Below, one piece after another: positions 49,487 through 63,036 of a DNA stretch of 64,000 bases; position 1 is the stretch's first letter; each line of letters opens with the position of its first letter. Made by a program: the position numbers and the translations under genes. The notes beneath the pieces were generated by a model that saw only the letters and a list, made by a program, of their open reading frames with translations, was not told the origin of the DNA and did not search any database. This DNA is from Malacoraja senta (lineage: Eukaryota). The stretch is taken from contig CM075990.1 in assembly GCA_038087875.1 (NCBI GenBank), positions 12,092,001 through 12,156,000 on the forward strand. Reading direction: 5' to 3'.

Positions 49487-50025
49487 AACATAGAAACATA
49501 GTAAATAGGTGCAGGAGTAGGCCATTCGGCCCTTCGAGCCCGTTCAATATGATCATGGCTGATCATCCAACTCAGTATCCTGTACCTGCCTTCTCTCCAT
49601 ACCCCCTGATCCCTTTAACCACAAGGGCCACATCTAACTCCCTCTTAAATATAGCCAATGAACTGGCCTCAACTACCTTCTGTGGCAGAGAATTCCACAG
49701 ATTCACCACTCTCTGTGTGAAAAATGTTTTTCTCATCTCGGTCCTAAAAGACTTCCCCCTTATCCTTAAACTATGACCCCTTGTTCTGGACTTCCCCAAC
49801 ATCGGGAACAATCTTCCTGCATCTAGCCTGTCCAACCCCTTAAGAATTTTGTAAGTCTCTATAAGATCCCCCCTCAATCTTCTAAATTCTAGCGAGTACA
49901 AGCCGAGTCTATCCAGTCTTTCTTCATGTGAAAGTCCTGCCATCCCAGGAATCAGTCTGGTGAACCTTCTCTGTACTCCCTCTATGGCAGGAATGTCCTT
50001 CCTCAGATTAGGAGACCAAAACTGT
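49487..50025 (-). mobile_element. CR1 LINE 3' fragment (young)
   Basis: Encodes EERLDRLGLYSLEFRRLRGDLIETYKIL...WNSLP; nearly identical to 2889-3259. Confidence 0.88.
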
Positions 50026-51496
50026 AAAACACAAAGTGCTTGAGGAACCTAGTGGGTCAGACAGCATCTGGGGGAGGGAATGGATGGGCGATGTTTAAGT
50101 TCGAAACCAGTCAGGGATGTCGGGGGTTATGGGGAGAAGGCAGGAGAATGGGGTTGAGAAGGAATGGCAGAGTGGACTTGATGGGCCGAATGGCCTAATT
50201 CTGCTTCTATAACTTATGAACTTCAGTCTGTTGTTGTGCTCAAGAATTAAGCTTCTGCAGCCTCTTGTTTCTCCTTAATACCAAGTATTCTGTCTCGAGT
50301 CTCTGGCTTTGCACATCTACTGATATCTTTATCCACGCTTTTGGGATCTCTACATCTGAGTCTCCGACTTGCCACCCCACCCACCATATCCAATACAGTT
50401 TAGTTCAGTTTATTAGTGTACTTTTGTCACGTGTACCAAGCTACAGTGAAAAGCTTTTGTCTGAGGATAGAGGGCATAGAGCTTGGTGCAAGATAAAGTC
50501 CGAATGTCTCCAATGAGGTAGATGGGAGGTCGGGATGGCTTTCTAGTGGGTGAGGGGATGGACCGTTGCTTGATAATGGCTGGGAAGAAACTGTCCCTGA
50601 ATCTGGACGAAACACTCCCTGAATCTGGAATCACTTCCAGCACTAGTTCCATTTGCTTGCAGATGGCACTATATCTTTCTATGTCTTGCCTATTTGCGTC
50701 TGTGTCTAAATGCCTCCTAATTGTACAGTCGGCACAATTATACCAATGGCTTGTGTTTTTTTGTTTATGTGATATGAACTTTGCTGGCAATGTCAGCCTT
50801 TACTGTCCATCTCAATGTAACTGGTCCACAGCTGAGAGCAAATAGCAGCCCATCACAAAAAGGGCAGATCCGGTAAGGACGGACATTCTCTTCCCTGAGC
50901 TTTTCAATGATGAATCAATAGTTTGCCACCATTACATGTCGATTAAAAGGCTAATATCAGTATTAAATTGTTTGAATTTAAATTGCCTTTGGGAGGAAGG
51001 GTCTCGACCCGAAACGTCACCGATTCCTTTTCTCCAGAGATGCTGCCTGTCCCACTGAGTTACTCCAGCACTTTGTGTCTATCTTTGGTGTAAACCACCA
51101 TCTGCAGTTCCTTCCTACACACAGATGATTCAAGATGGTCAAAGCCTTCTTCAGTCACAAGAACACTGTTCTATTGCAGGCACCTATGCACAAGTTAATA
51201 TAGAACTGATGTAAGTGTTTCAGGAGGAAACTCAAAGGGTTTTTGTACAGATGTTCAGCCAAGACCAAGGCATCTGTTCATTCATTCTAGAGCAAAGGGA
51301 AATGACGGAAAGGCTTCAAGATCATCAAAGATCATGGTGTGGTTAGCTTTTAATATTATAAACTTCTGGACAGCCCCAATTGCTAAGAAAACTGTAGCCC
51401 ACCCAGCTCAACAGTACACATATTGTAAAAGCAGGTTGGAGGGGCTCATGCCGTACAGAGGGTGTTATGCAGCAAGGAACACTCATGAATCTCTAA

Positions 51497-51690
51497 AGGG
51501 CCTGTCCCACTTGGGCGTCATTTGCGAGTCACGCAGGTGGCGCGCAACGATTTTGTACATCCCAAAATCCTGGGGCGCCGCGCGTGACTGCGCGTCACTG
51601 CCTACGTCACCACGCACCATGCGTGCATCATGACGCGTAAATGATGTAGCGTAAATGACGCGCAAATGACACCCAAGTGGGACAGGCCTT
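51497..51690. mobile_element. PIF/Harbinger-type MITE (CpG-rich subfamily)
   Basis: TIRs AGGGCCTGTCCCACTTGGG...CCCAAGTGGGACAGGCCTT; TAA TSD. Confidence 0.85.
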
Positions 51691-52829
51691 TAAAGAATTA
51701 TAAAGACATATATAAACTGGGGATGGTGCTGTTGTCTCACAGCTAAAGTGACCCGAGTTCAATCCTAATCTCTGGTGCTGACCGCGTGGAGTTTACACGT
51801 TTTCCCTGTGTTAAAGAAAACTTTAAAACACAACACAAAGATCGGGTAAGGCAATCAAGGCTTTATTTAAGAGCACCAAATACAGTGATTACATGTATCA
51901 ACGAACAAAGATTCATCTGCTTCTTATATACAGAATTTTCCTCTGTTGTTTTGTCTATTGCAGAAGGCACTTTAGAACTTTTCCTACTTCCAAATGGTCT
52001 TCTAACAAATAAACATTGTGCACTTCTGAAAGACCCAGCAGAGTAAACACAGCCCGATTCCACCCCATTACAGATAAGCAAATGTCCTGTTACGCTTTCA
52101 ACCTTATTTTACTCTTTTACGTTTGCTCTTTGTCCTTTGTCAACAGAGAAGAGAATCTGACTAGAGTAGACTGCAGTAAGTGCCAGGTACACATGCTCAT
52201 AGAATCATAGAAACATAGAAAATAGGTGCAGGAGGAGGCCATTCGGCCCTTCGAGCCAGCACCGCCATTCATTGTGATCATGGCTGATCGTCCCCTATCA
52301 ATAACCCGTGCCTGCCTTCTCCCCATATCCCTTGATTCCACTAGCCCCTAGAGCTCTATCTAACTCTCTCTTAAATCCATCCAGTGACTTGGCCTCCACT
52401 GCCCTCTGTGGCAGGGAATTCCACAAATTCACAACTCTCTGGGTGAAAACCTTTTTTTCTCACCTCAGTCTTAAATGGCCTCCCCTTTATTCTCAGTTTC
52501 AACCTTCTTTAAAGCACAGCATTATTATAACACATGAAGACATTTTAAGCATTCTACCTATCCCTAAGCCCTGCTGTCTTCTTGAAGCTTTGCAATTTAT
52601 TTTTGATACTTGTGACCACATGCATTAACCCTGCGAGGGTCCCGTTTCCTTCAACATCACAAAAATGAGGGGGGGGGGGGGGTTGGTGGGTAAATTGGCT
52701 GTTATAAATTGTCCCCAGTGCGGAGGAAGTGGTAAAATCCGAGCGACGATAATGGGAATGTAGGAAGACTAAAATTGGATCAAGAGTCATGAATTTGTTT
52801 TCCACTCTCAATTTTGTCTTTTGATGATG

Positions 52830-53282
52830 AAGATGATGATGATGAATACTTTATTGTCATTATAACATGTAAACATGTACAATGAAATTAGAAATGCCAA
52901 CCAGTCAGTTCACCAGTCACACATTTTCTAAGAGCAAAAGTCTAAGATAAACAACTAAAATAAATAACATGAGAAAAAAACACATTCTTCTGTGGATTTC
53001 CCAGTCCCTTTGGTGTGTAGCACACCTGTACTCATTTGGTGGCTACATTAAGTGTAGTTATTGCTGTGGGATAAAAACTGTTTTTGAGTCTGTTTGTCCT
53101 TGTCCTCATTGATCTGTACCGTCTGCCTGACGGCAGCAGTTCAAACAGGGGGTGGAAAATGTCCTTTATGATCTTCTGGGATTTTTTGAGACAGTGGGAA
53201 CTGTGTAGGTCCTCCAAGGTGAGGAGAGGGCAGCCGATAATCTTCTGGGCGTTGTCAATAGCCCTCTGGAGAGCTTTCCTCT
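52830..53282 (-). mobile_element. Rex1/Babar-type LINE 3' fragment
   Basis: Encodes IIKDIFHPLFELLPSGRRYRSMRTRTNRLKNSFYPTAI. Similar ends at about 19290-19560 and 61225-61380. Confidence 0.75.
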
Positions 53283-53821
53283 TAGCTGAGTTAATATCGT
53301 TCGGAGGTAGAACCTTTTTGTGAATGGAGATCGTAGTTGTTTTATCATGAGATTTTCTGTTGCCAGAGAACAGAGTCTACAGCAAGTTGGAGCTGCTTAG
53401 GTCTCTGTTTAGGACCCACGAGAGGCCAAGTGGGAAATTAAGCTATAAATTAAAACCTTTCAATTTAGCAGTTACAGCACAACTATGGAAACAATTACTA
53501 GGTGAAATACTTAATTGGAATTCCTCATTTGCAGAAGCAAGATTAAATCATGTCGGAGCATTTAATTTACCCTCACCGCCTCCTTATATTGGCATCAAAT
53601 TGTATATTAGCTGCTGCTGTTGTCGGGTCATTGAACTGTGTACATACGGTGATGCTGACACCTAATAAAGGAGATGCATTTCAGCCGGGCGTAGTTTATG
53701 GATTGCCGCAAATGCCATTGTGAGGGTCCATTTCCATTTTAGACAAACTTTAAGCCATGGCAATTATTTGGGCAAGATGGGCTCCCCATTTTGGATGGGC
53801 ATTTTGGATATTCAAACCAAC

Positions 53822-54150
53822 ATTTTTTTTCATTTTTTTAATACATTTTATATTTACAAGAAAGAGAAAAAGTGAGATATGCAAAGATAGGACCCCTAGA
53901 CTACCAAAGTAGTGTAGCCAAAGAGTGGGTAAAAGAAAGAGAGAAATAGAAGAAGAAAAAAGAAAAAAAAGAAAAAGAGAGAGAAAAGTGGTGATATACC
54001 CGCCTGTCGTCCCTCCCCACCCACCTCACCCAATCCATAGTTGGATTTAAATCCAAAGTTGTGTTGCGCCATACTATCCTTGTAAGAAATCAGTAAAGGG
54101 TGTCCATGTCTTGGAAAAATGATCTGGTTCAAACCAAAAATTGAGGGCAA
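53822..54150 (-). mobile_element. 5'-truncated L1 (end of ORF2 + 3' UTR)
   Basis: Minus strand encodes EPDHFSKTWTPFTDFLQG*, similar to the ORF2 end KVDQFQKTWSTFLDLLQA*. Followed by a T-rich UTR and an A-rich tail. Confidence 0.75.
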
Positions 54151-54789
54151 AACACGTCACAGAATCACACAGCAGAGAAACCGGCCATGTGACCAAACTC
54201 GCCCATACCAACCTTGATGCATCATCTCAGCCAGTCTCCTTGGCCTGATTTTGGCTCGTATCTGTCTGAACCTTTCTTGCCCAGGTATCTATCCAAGTGT
54301 CTTTTAAATGCTGTATGGTACCTGCCTCAAGTCCCTCCTCTGGCAGCTTGTTCCATACACCCACCACCCTCGAAGTGAAAATGTTTCCCCCGCCAGGTTC
54401 TCTATAAAATCTTGCCCCTCCTACCTTAAAGCTTACGACCTCTGGTTCTTGATTCACCCACCCTGTGTAAATGACTCTGTGCATTCACTCTATCTATTTC
54501 CCCGCATGATTTTATACACCTCTATAAGATCACCCCTCGTTCTCCCACGGTCCAAGGAATAAAATCTGAGCCGGCCCAACAGCTCCCCATAGCTCACGCC
54601 ATCAGGCTACAGAAATTCTCCTCCTCAAAATTAGGGTGATTTAAAATGAACTACATATTTGGTCCTGAAGCCTTTTATGACATCTCCAGATAGAAACATA
54701 GAAAATAGATGCAGGAGTAGGCCATTCAGCCCTTCGAGCTAATTAGCATTAGGAGCAACTTGCAGGTTAAAGGAAAACTTAGGAGTTTA

Positions 54790-55385
54790 GGAGCAAGGAC
54801 GTCCTACTGCAGTTGTACAGGACCCTGGTGAAACTGCACCTGGAGTATTGTATGCAATTTATGTCTCCTAATTTGTGGAAGGACATTATTGCTATTGAGG
54901 GAGTGCAGCGTAAATTCACCAGGTTAATTCCCGGGAAGGCAGGACTGACATATGAAAGAATGGGTCGACTGGGCTTGTAATCACTGGAATTTGGAAGGAT
55001 GAGAGGGTATCTTATAGAAACAAAAAATGATTGGACAGGCTAGATGCAGGAAAAATGTTCCCGATGTTGAGGGAGTCCAAAACAAGGGGTCACAGTTTAG
55101 GAATAAGGGGTAAGCCATTTAGGACTGAGGTGAGGAAAAACCTCTTCACCCAGAGAGTAGTGAATCTGTGGAATTCTCTGCCACATAAGGCAGGAGAGGC
55201 CAATTCACTGGATGTTTTCAAGAGAGAGTTAGATGTAACTCTTAGGGCTAAAAGAATCAAGGGTTATGGGGAAAAGCAGGAACGGGGTACTGATTTTAGA
55301 TGATCAGCCATGATCATATTGAATGGCAGTGCTGGCTCAAAGGGCTGAATGGCCTACTCCTGCACCTATTGTCTATGTTTCTATG
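54790..55385 (+). mobile_element. CR1 LINE 3' fragment
   Basis: Degraded RT C-terminus, 3' UTR and (CTATGTTT) tail. Confidence 0.85.
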
Positions 55386-57244
55386 AAGCGTCACCTATCC
55401 ATGTTTTACAGAGATGCTGCCTGACCCGCTGAGTTACTCCAGCACGTTGTTTTCATTGTTTGGTGAATCACCATTTCGTTGTCTCTAATAAATATTCTAC
55501 GGAACTTTGCTTAGCAGCAGCAGACATGACTGCATACAGATGGCAGCACAGTTGCCTCACCGCTGCTGTGACCTCGGTTCAGTCCTGATCTTGGCTGCTG
55601 TCTGTGCGGAGCTTGCATGTTCTCTCTGCAACCACATTCAGTGAGTTTCCTCCGACTGCGCCGGTCTCCTCCCACATCCCAAAAGCTTCAGAGTTGGTCG
55701 GTTAGTTGGCCATAATAGATTGCCCCAAGTGTGCAGATGAGTGGTAGCATCTGGGGGGAGATGAGTGAATGAATGAAAGATACTTTATTGTCACATGTGG
55801 CAAGTCACAGTGAAGATACTTTGCTTTGCAAACCCAAGGTATGCAAAGAGTCACTAGATAAAGGGCGCTGATGAGATTACATAGTATTCCACTTTAACAC
55901 AAAGTATCCCATTTGTGGTTTCCCCTTGGAATGTGTTGGGAAAAAAGAGGATTGGGGGAAATAGTTGCTGGATGGATCGCGTGGGCAGAAAGGGTTATTT
56001 CCATGATGTGCGACGTTGAGAATAAAATGTCGATCACAGGGAAACACTGAATTTGTCTGTACTGGCCACCTACACACAAGACACGAGAAAATACCCCCCA
56101 TATTGTTTATCAGAGCAGTGTCCCGATCCAAAATACTGTCAACCCATTCCATCCACAGATGCTGCCTGACCCGCTGAGTTATTCCAGCACACAAAAATGC
56201 TGGAGAAACTCAGCGGGTGCAGCAGCATCTATGGAGCGAAGGAAATAGGCAACGTTTCGGGCGGAAACCCTTCTTCAGACTGATGGGGGGTTGGAGGGGG
56301 CGGGGAGAAGAAAGGAAAAAGGAGGAGGAGGAGGAGCCCGCGGGCTGAGGGAGAGATGGGAAGGGGAGGAGACAGCAAGGGCTAACAGAATTGTAAGAAT
56401 TCAATGTTCATGCCACCAGGATGCAGACTCCCCAAGCGGAATATGAGGTGCTGTACCTCCAATTTTTCCAGCAATTTGGTGGTTTATTCCATCCTGATTG
56501 TTCATCATTTGATTTGCCTTTAACACATTCTATTGCTTAAAATGAAGTGCATGTCTCAATGTTAACATGTTAACAATTTCCCAATGAGTAATACCTAATC
56601 CGTAGGTGGCAATATTTTGTTGTTTCCAGATGTTTGCCTGTTTTCAAATATATTTTAAGCTGACCCAGAGGACACATTTCAAAAACATTTTCCTTTGGTG
56701 AAATAAAAATTCATTTGTGTTTTTTGTTTTCAAACCAGTGCGGGTTTGAAATTGTGATGGATTAAACTGATTACCTGAATGCTGTTGCTTCTGCGCGTGA
56801 GTTTTGTGAGATTTTGAAAGCATATTAAGCTGTGTGAAAGATGGTCTCTCCTTGAATCGCGAGCTGAAGCATTAAAGATGGTTCCCCACGGTAATCTACT
56901 GTTGCTACAACCTAAATGCCGACTAAAAATACAACAGGTCTAATTTCCGACCTGACAACGATTTGGAGAGCAGGTGAGAAAATAAAATGGTTCAAAGACT
57001 GCAAGGTTTAGAGGACGAAGCTTAAAAAATGTTGCCTGGGCTGGAGTAGCTCAGTTATAAGGTGAGACAAGATAGACTGATCGTGTTTTCTTTGGAGTGG
57101 TGGAGGCTGAGGGGGGTATGGGAGGGGGAGAGGGAGAGATAGATGTTTCTTCCCAACAGAGAGATATATCTCAAGCTCAGTGGCATGGGTGTAAGAAAAT
57201 GGGTCAAGGTTTAGCGGGGATCTGAGGAAGAGGTTTTACACTTA

Positions 57245-57605
57245 AGGGCCTGTCCCACTGACCGAGGTAATTCAAGAGTTCTCCCGAGTTTTCCCCTGAT
57301 TCGACCTCGGAGAATGTCCGTAGCGTGTCCGTAGGAGTTTGTGGATGTCTCGTAGCGGCTCGTACGAGTAAAAAAGCAACAATTTTTTTCATCACGAGTA
57401 TTTTTTTACTCGCGGACATTTTTCACAGTGTTGAAAAATAACGTCACGAGTTTACCGGATTTCCCGAGTGCCTACCGTTAGCATTACGAGCCGCTACGAG
57501 ACATCCACGAACTCCTACGGAACCGCTACCGACATTCTCCGAGTTCGGATCAGGGGGAAACTCCGGAGAACTCTTGAATTACCTCGTACAGTGGGACAGG
57601 GGCTT
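57245..57605. mobile_element. PIF/Harbinger-type MITE
   Basis: TIRs AGGGCCTGTCCCACTG...CAGTGGGACAGGGGCTT; TTA TSD in a CAC-TTA-GAG target. Confidence 0.82.
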
Positions 57606-59342
57606 TTAGAGGGTGATTGGAATCTGAACTTAATGGACAAGGGAGGCAGAAGTACCTTGATGGGCACTTGGATCACCAGGGTTTGGAAGGCTGCATGGCA
57701 ATTGCTGTTCAGTTGGATTAGTGTAGGTGGGTAAAGTGGTGGGCCACAGCATGGACGTGGTGAGCCAAAGGGCCTGTTCTTGATACTCCTTGATTCTCAC
57801 GGCCTATCGAGAACCGGAGGGCATAGGTTTCGAGAACCAGAGGGCATACCTTTTGAGCACCAGAGGACATAGGTTTAAGGTGATGGGGGAAATGATTTAA
57901 TCGGAACCCGAGGGGCAACTTTGTTTTACCCAAAGGGTGGTAGGTATATGGAACGAGCTGCCGGAGGAGGTAGAGGAGGCAAGTACTATCACAACATTTA
58001 AGAAACATTTACACATGTACATGGATGGGATAGGTTTCGAGGGATATGGGCCAAATGCAGGCCGGTGGGACATGTTGGTCAGCATGGACATATTGGGCAG
58101 AAGGGCCAGTTTCCACGCTGTAAGACTCTGTGTAGATGTAAATTGCAGAGTGAAAATGCATCTGAATATTGATCTAATCCCAATACAGCTACAAAACCTT
58201 GAGTCTATGAGGAAATGAATTACGTAGATATAGGATTGTGTGTGGAGTCAAGTGATGGTGACAAGAACCTCGTGTTGTGCTTTGTGAGGGAGAGGTGGGA
58301 GGGTGGATGGATGGAGTTGAAGGGTGGTGGGGAGCGCGAGGATGGGCTTGTCAGAGACACAAAAAGCTGGAGTAACTCAGCAGGACAGGCAGCTTCTCTG
58401 GAGAGAAGGAATGGGCGACGTTTCGGGTCGAGACCCTTCTTCAGACGCCTATGTTCCGTTTGTTATGTTGGGGTTAAATCGGTTGTTTAATAGGGAAGAG
58501 GAACGATGTGTGAACAAAGTCAGAGACTGTAAGAAGCACAATTTGGAGTTGTGACTTGGAGTCACAGTTGACTACAGGTCAAAAAGTGAGACCATATTCT
58601 CTGGCGCTGAGGTGCAATGGGAGATCAACATGAAAAAAAAATCAATATCTTGAGTTCGATAAGGTTTTTCATTTAGTTTTAGTTTTAGAGATACAGCATG
58701 GAAACGGGGCCTTCAACCCACTGAGTCCACGCCGACCCATTCGCACTAGTTCTTTGTCATTCCACTTTTCTCATCCACTCACTGCACACGAGAGACGATT
58801 TACAGAGGCCAACAAACCCGCACGTCTTTAGGATGTGGGAGGAGACCGAGTACCGAGAGGAAACCTACGAGGTCACAGGGAGAACGTGCAAACTCCACAC
58901 ATACAGCACCTGAGGTCGGGTTGGAGCAGGGATCTCTGGTGCTGTGAGGCAGCAGCTCCAGCATCTGCATTACTGTACCTCCTGGTTCATTTCTCTCAAA
59001 GATGCTGCCTGACCCAAAGAGCTCCTCCAGCAGTTAGTTTTTTGCAGCTCACTGGGTTTGTTGATTGAGATATCAATTCAAAATCATGGTTCATGAGTTG
59101 AAATTCAGGTAGTCTCTAAATATGTTGTACGTTTCTGGGTATAACCTTGACATTGGTGTGTTCTCATTTATCTAACATACACTAACTCCAACTAAAGTCC
59201 AAACTCCCTTGGTTGCAGTAAGGACATTGGACTTTGTTATGGTTTTGCATTATATTGCTGTTTTTATTTATTGAACTTTTTTTTTTGTTTATTATTTTAT
59301 CTATTATTGAGTACTATCTTGACAAATCTGACACGCTGACAC

Positions 59343-59359
59343 GCTGCTGCTGCTGCTGC

Positions 59360-59395
<36 letters not shown>

Positions 59396-59407
59396 TGCTG
59401 CTGCTGC
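59343..59407. repeat. Compound (GCT)n(GCC)n(GCT)n trinucleotide repeat
   Basis: Seen directly; lies within a LINE-like 3' tail (CTGCTGCAAATAAGAATT). Confidence 0.92.
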
Positions 59408-59453
59408 AAATAAGAATTCTATTGCTCCGTTTTGGGACCAATGACAAATCAAT

Positions 59454-59765
59454 AGGGCAGCCACGGTGGCGCAGCGGTCCAGTTGCTGCCTTACGGCGCC
59501 AGAGACCCGGGTTCGATCCTGATTACGTCTGTTGTCTGTACGGAGTTTGCACGTTCTCCCCGTGACCGTGTGGGTTTTCCCCGGGCGCTGCGGTTTCCTC
59601 CCACACTCCAAAGACGTGCAGGTTTGTAGGTTGATTTGGCTTTGGTAAAAATTGTAAATTGTCCCTGGTGTGTAGGATAGTGCGAGTGTACGGGGATCGC
59701 TGGTCAGTGCGGACACGGTGGGCCGAAGGGCCTGTTTCCGCGCTGTATCTCTAAACTAAACTAAA
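59454..59765 (+). mobile_element. tRNA-derived V-SINE (HE1-like), full length
   Basis: A/B boxes, V-core and (TAAAC)n tail. Confidence 0.85.
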
Positions 59766-60011
59766 TTCTGCTGGGTTGTTCCAGGGACGATGGGAAACGT
59801 GCTTCCATTAATAGAGCAGAATTGGTTGAAGGCTGCTGTGTTAGTGCATGGGGGGCCCGATGGTCGGCACAGACTTGGTGGGCTGAAGGGCCTTTTTCCA
59901 CGCTGTATCTCTAAACTAAATACTAAACTGAACAACAAAACACCTGTAACTGCATATTAAGAGTCTCTTGGCTTGATCTGCAGTCAGGGGAAATATATTG
60001 CTGATGCTGAT

Positions 60012-60845
60012 AATGCTGATAAATGTGAGGTGCTACATCTCGGCAGGACAAATCAAAATAGGACGTACATGGTAAATGGTAGCGAATTGAGGAATGCAGT
60101 TGAACAGAGGGATCTAGGAATAACTGTGCATAGTTCCCTGAAGGTGGAATCTCATGTAGATAGGGTGGTAAAGAAAGCTTTTGGTGTGCTGGCCTTTATA
60201 AATCAGAGCATTGAATATAGAAGTTGGGATGTAATGTTAAAATTGTACAAGGCATTGGTGAGGCCAATTCTGGAGTATGGAGTACAATTTTGGTCGCCTA
60301 ATTATAGGAAGAATGTCAACAAAATAGAGAGAGTACAGAGGAGATTTACTAGAATGTTGCCTGGGTTTCAGCAACTAAGTTACAGAGAAAGGTTGAACAA
60401 GTTAGGTCTTTATTCTTTGGAGCTCAGAAGGTTAAGGGGGGACTTGATAGAGGTCTTTAAAATGATGTGCGGGTTAGACAGAGTGGACGTGGATAAGCTT
60501 TTCCCATTGAGAGTAGGGAAGATTCAAACAAGGGGACATGACTTGAGAATTAAGGGACAGAAGTTTAGGGGGAACATTAGGGGGAACTTCTTTACTCAGA
60601 GAGTGGTAGCTGTGTGGAATGAGCTTCCAGTGGAAGTGATGGAGGCAGGTTAGATTTTATCCTTTAAAAATAGATTGGATGGGTATATGGACGGGAAAGG
60701 AATGGAGGGTTATGGTCTGAGTGCAGGTAGATGGGACTAGGGGGAAATAAAAAAACAATTTTTTAAAATAAAAAAAGTGTTCGGCACGGACTTGAAGGGC
60801 CGAGATGGCCTGTTTCCGTGCTGTAGTGGTTATATGGTTATATAT
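60012..60845 (+). mobile_element. CR1 LINE 3' fragment (second family)
   Basis: About 210 aa of RT C-terminus (DKCEVLHLGR...LYKALVRPILEYGVQFWSP...WNELP). Its 3' end (GGCCTGTTTCCGTGCTGTA) is shared with the SINE tails. Confidence 0.9.
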
Positions 60846-62634
60846 TGTATGAAGTATGAAACTTCATAGGAAGGTAGGAATTAGGAGCAGGACCAGGTTG
60901 CTTGGTCCCACAAGCCTGTTCTAACATTGAATCAGATAATGTATACTATGAATGCAACCTGGACTCTGCACTCCTGCCCACCCAAGGTAAACTCTCACCC
61001 CTTACTTATCAAGAATCTGCCTACCACTGCCTTCAAAATATTCACAGCAATCTCATTACGTTTGGTGACAGCACATCAATAACATTAGTCATGCATTTTG
61101 GGATAACCTCAGGGCATGAGAAGTATATTTATTCTCCATCAAAAGAAGAGTTTGGAAATAACCCAAGCAATGTAAAATGGACCTTGATTCCACCGTCCTT
61201 TGAGCAAGACTCTATTGACATTTCACACCGCCTCGGGAAAGCAGCCAACATAATCAAGAACTACTTACACCCTGGTCGTTCCCTTTCCGCTCCTCTCCCG
61301 TCAGGCAGAAAATATAAAAGAATGAAAGCATTTGCCTCCAGGTTCAAACGCAGCTTCCTCCCTGCTGTATCAGACCCGTGAATCGTCCTCTCCGAAGAGA
61401 AGGATGTATTCCAGATCCTCCAATCTACCACATTGCGACCCTTGCATTTTTTTTTCTATCTGTTCTTTATCTGCACATTTTATTCTCCACTCAATCCTTT
61501 CCTCATTTGCAACACTCCTCATACTCACGGATGATTTGATTGTAATCATTTATAGATAATTTACCTGGACAGTACTTTGTTTTCTGTATCTCAATACACA
61601 TGACAACAATAAACCATATCAATACCAAGAACTGCAAGAACTCTGAACTTTGAAAGCAGAATATGTTTCATTCTGGGCAACCCCATTTTCACAAAATGGT
61701 TTTCCCTATTTTTGAGAGGAGACATTTACTCCACATTTACTCTGGACATAAGGAGCAAGAGCCGGTCAGAAGGTGAACTGGGGTACTGCCTCCGGTGCCT
61801 TCAAGGTCGCCTGTAGGAGGCGCTCACGGGACACAAAGATTGCCGGGCGAGGAGAGGGACATCAGCTTGCGCCGTATTTATCTTTGGTATAAACCAGCAT
61901 CTGCGGCATGGTGCAGTGGTAGAGCGACTGCCTTACACCGCCAGAGACCCGGTTCGATCCTGACTACGGGTGCTGTCTGTACGGAGTTTGTACGTTCTCT
62001 CCGTGACCTGCGCGGGTTTTCTCCGAGATCTTTGGTTTCCTCCCACACTCCAAAGACGTACAGGTTTGTAGGTTAATTGACTTGGTATAAATGTAAATTG
62101 CCCCGAGTGTGTGTACGATAGCGTTAAGGGCCTATCCCAAGAGCATGCGACTGCATGCGGCAAGCGCGACCTGACGTGGTCGCTTGAGCCGTACGGTCTC
62201 GTGGGGCCGGTCCCACTTCGATTGCCGGAGCTGTATGGAGTTGTGCGGAGCTGGTCCCGACATCGCGCGGGGCTCCGAAAAACTGACAGTGTTCAAAAAT
62301 TCCGCGCGGCAACGGGCCTGCCGGCCCGCAGCCGCCTCGACGCCGTACGCACCGCCTCGATGTGCTAGCTGTTCTCTTCACTGCCTGAACTGCTGATCAT
62401 TTTCTACCGGTTATATTTTAATTTCATCACGCTGACTTCTGCAGTGTTTTGTCTTTGTGCGTTGGTCTCTCATGTTCCGGCTACTCATGCAGTACTGTGT
62501 TCAGTTTGGCTCAGTCTGTTACAGGAAAGATGCCAGCAGGCTGTAAATAGACCAGAGAAGATTGGCAAGGATGATGCTAGGACTCGAGGTATCTGACCTA
62601 TAAGGGGTTGGGCAGGCAAGGACTTGATTCCTTA

Positions 62635-63036
62635 AGGGCCTGTCCCACTTTCACGACTTAATTCAAAACCTCTGCCGAGTTTAAAGGACCTAAAAAAAAA
62701 ATCAAGATCGTGGTAATCTACGAACTCCTACGACTATGTTCACGAACTCCAACGAGTATGGCTACGAATTACCACGACTATTTCGATGCCCTCCTTACGA
62801 GTAAAAAGTTGCAATTTCTTTCATCCCGACCATTTTTTTACTCGTGGACATTTTTTATCGGGCTGGAAAAAACGTCCCGACTTACCTGATGCCACGTGTA
62901 CCTACAGCTGGCGTAACGAGCCGCTACGATATATCTACGAACTCCTACGGACTCGTTACGAACATTCTGCGAGTTTGAATCAAGGGGAAAACCCGGGAGA
63001 ATTCGTGAATTACCTCGTGAAAGTGGGACAGGCCCT
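62635..63036. mobile_element. PIF/Harbinger-type MITE
   Basis: TIRs AGGGCCTGTCCCACTTTCACGA...TCGTGAAAGTGGGACAGGCCCT; TTA TSD; inserted in a CR1 fragment. Confidence 0.86.

Noticed and set aside
59297..59716. ORF with a long poly-alanine tract
   Set aside because: It is antisense SINE sequence plus a GCN microsatellite, not a gene.
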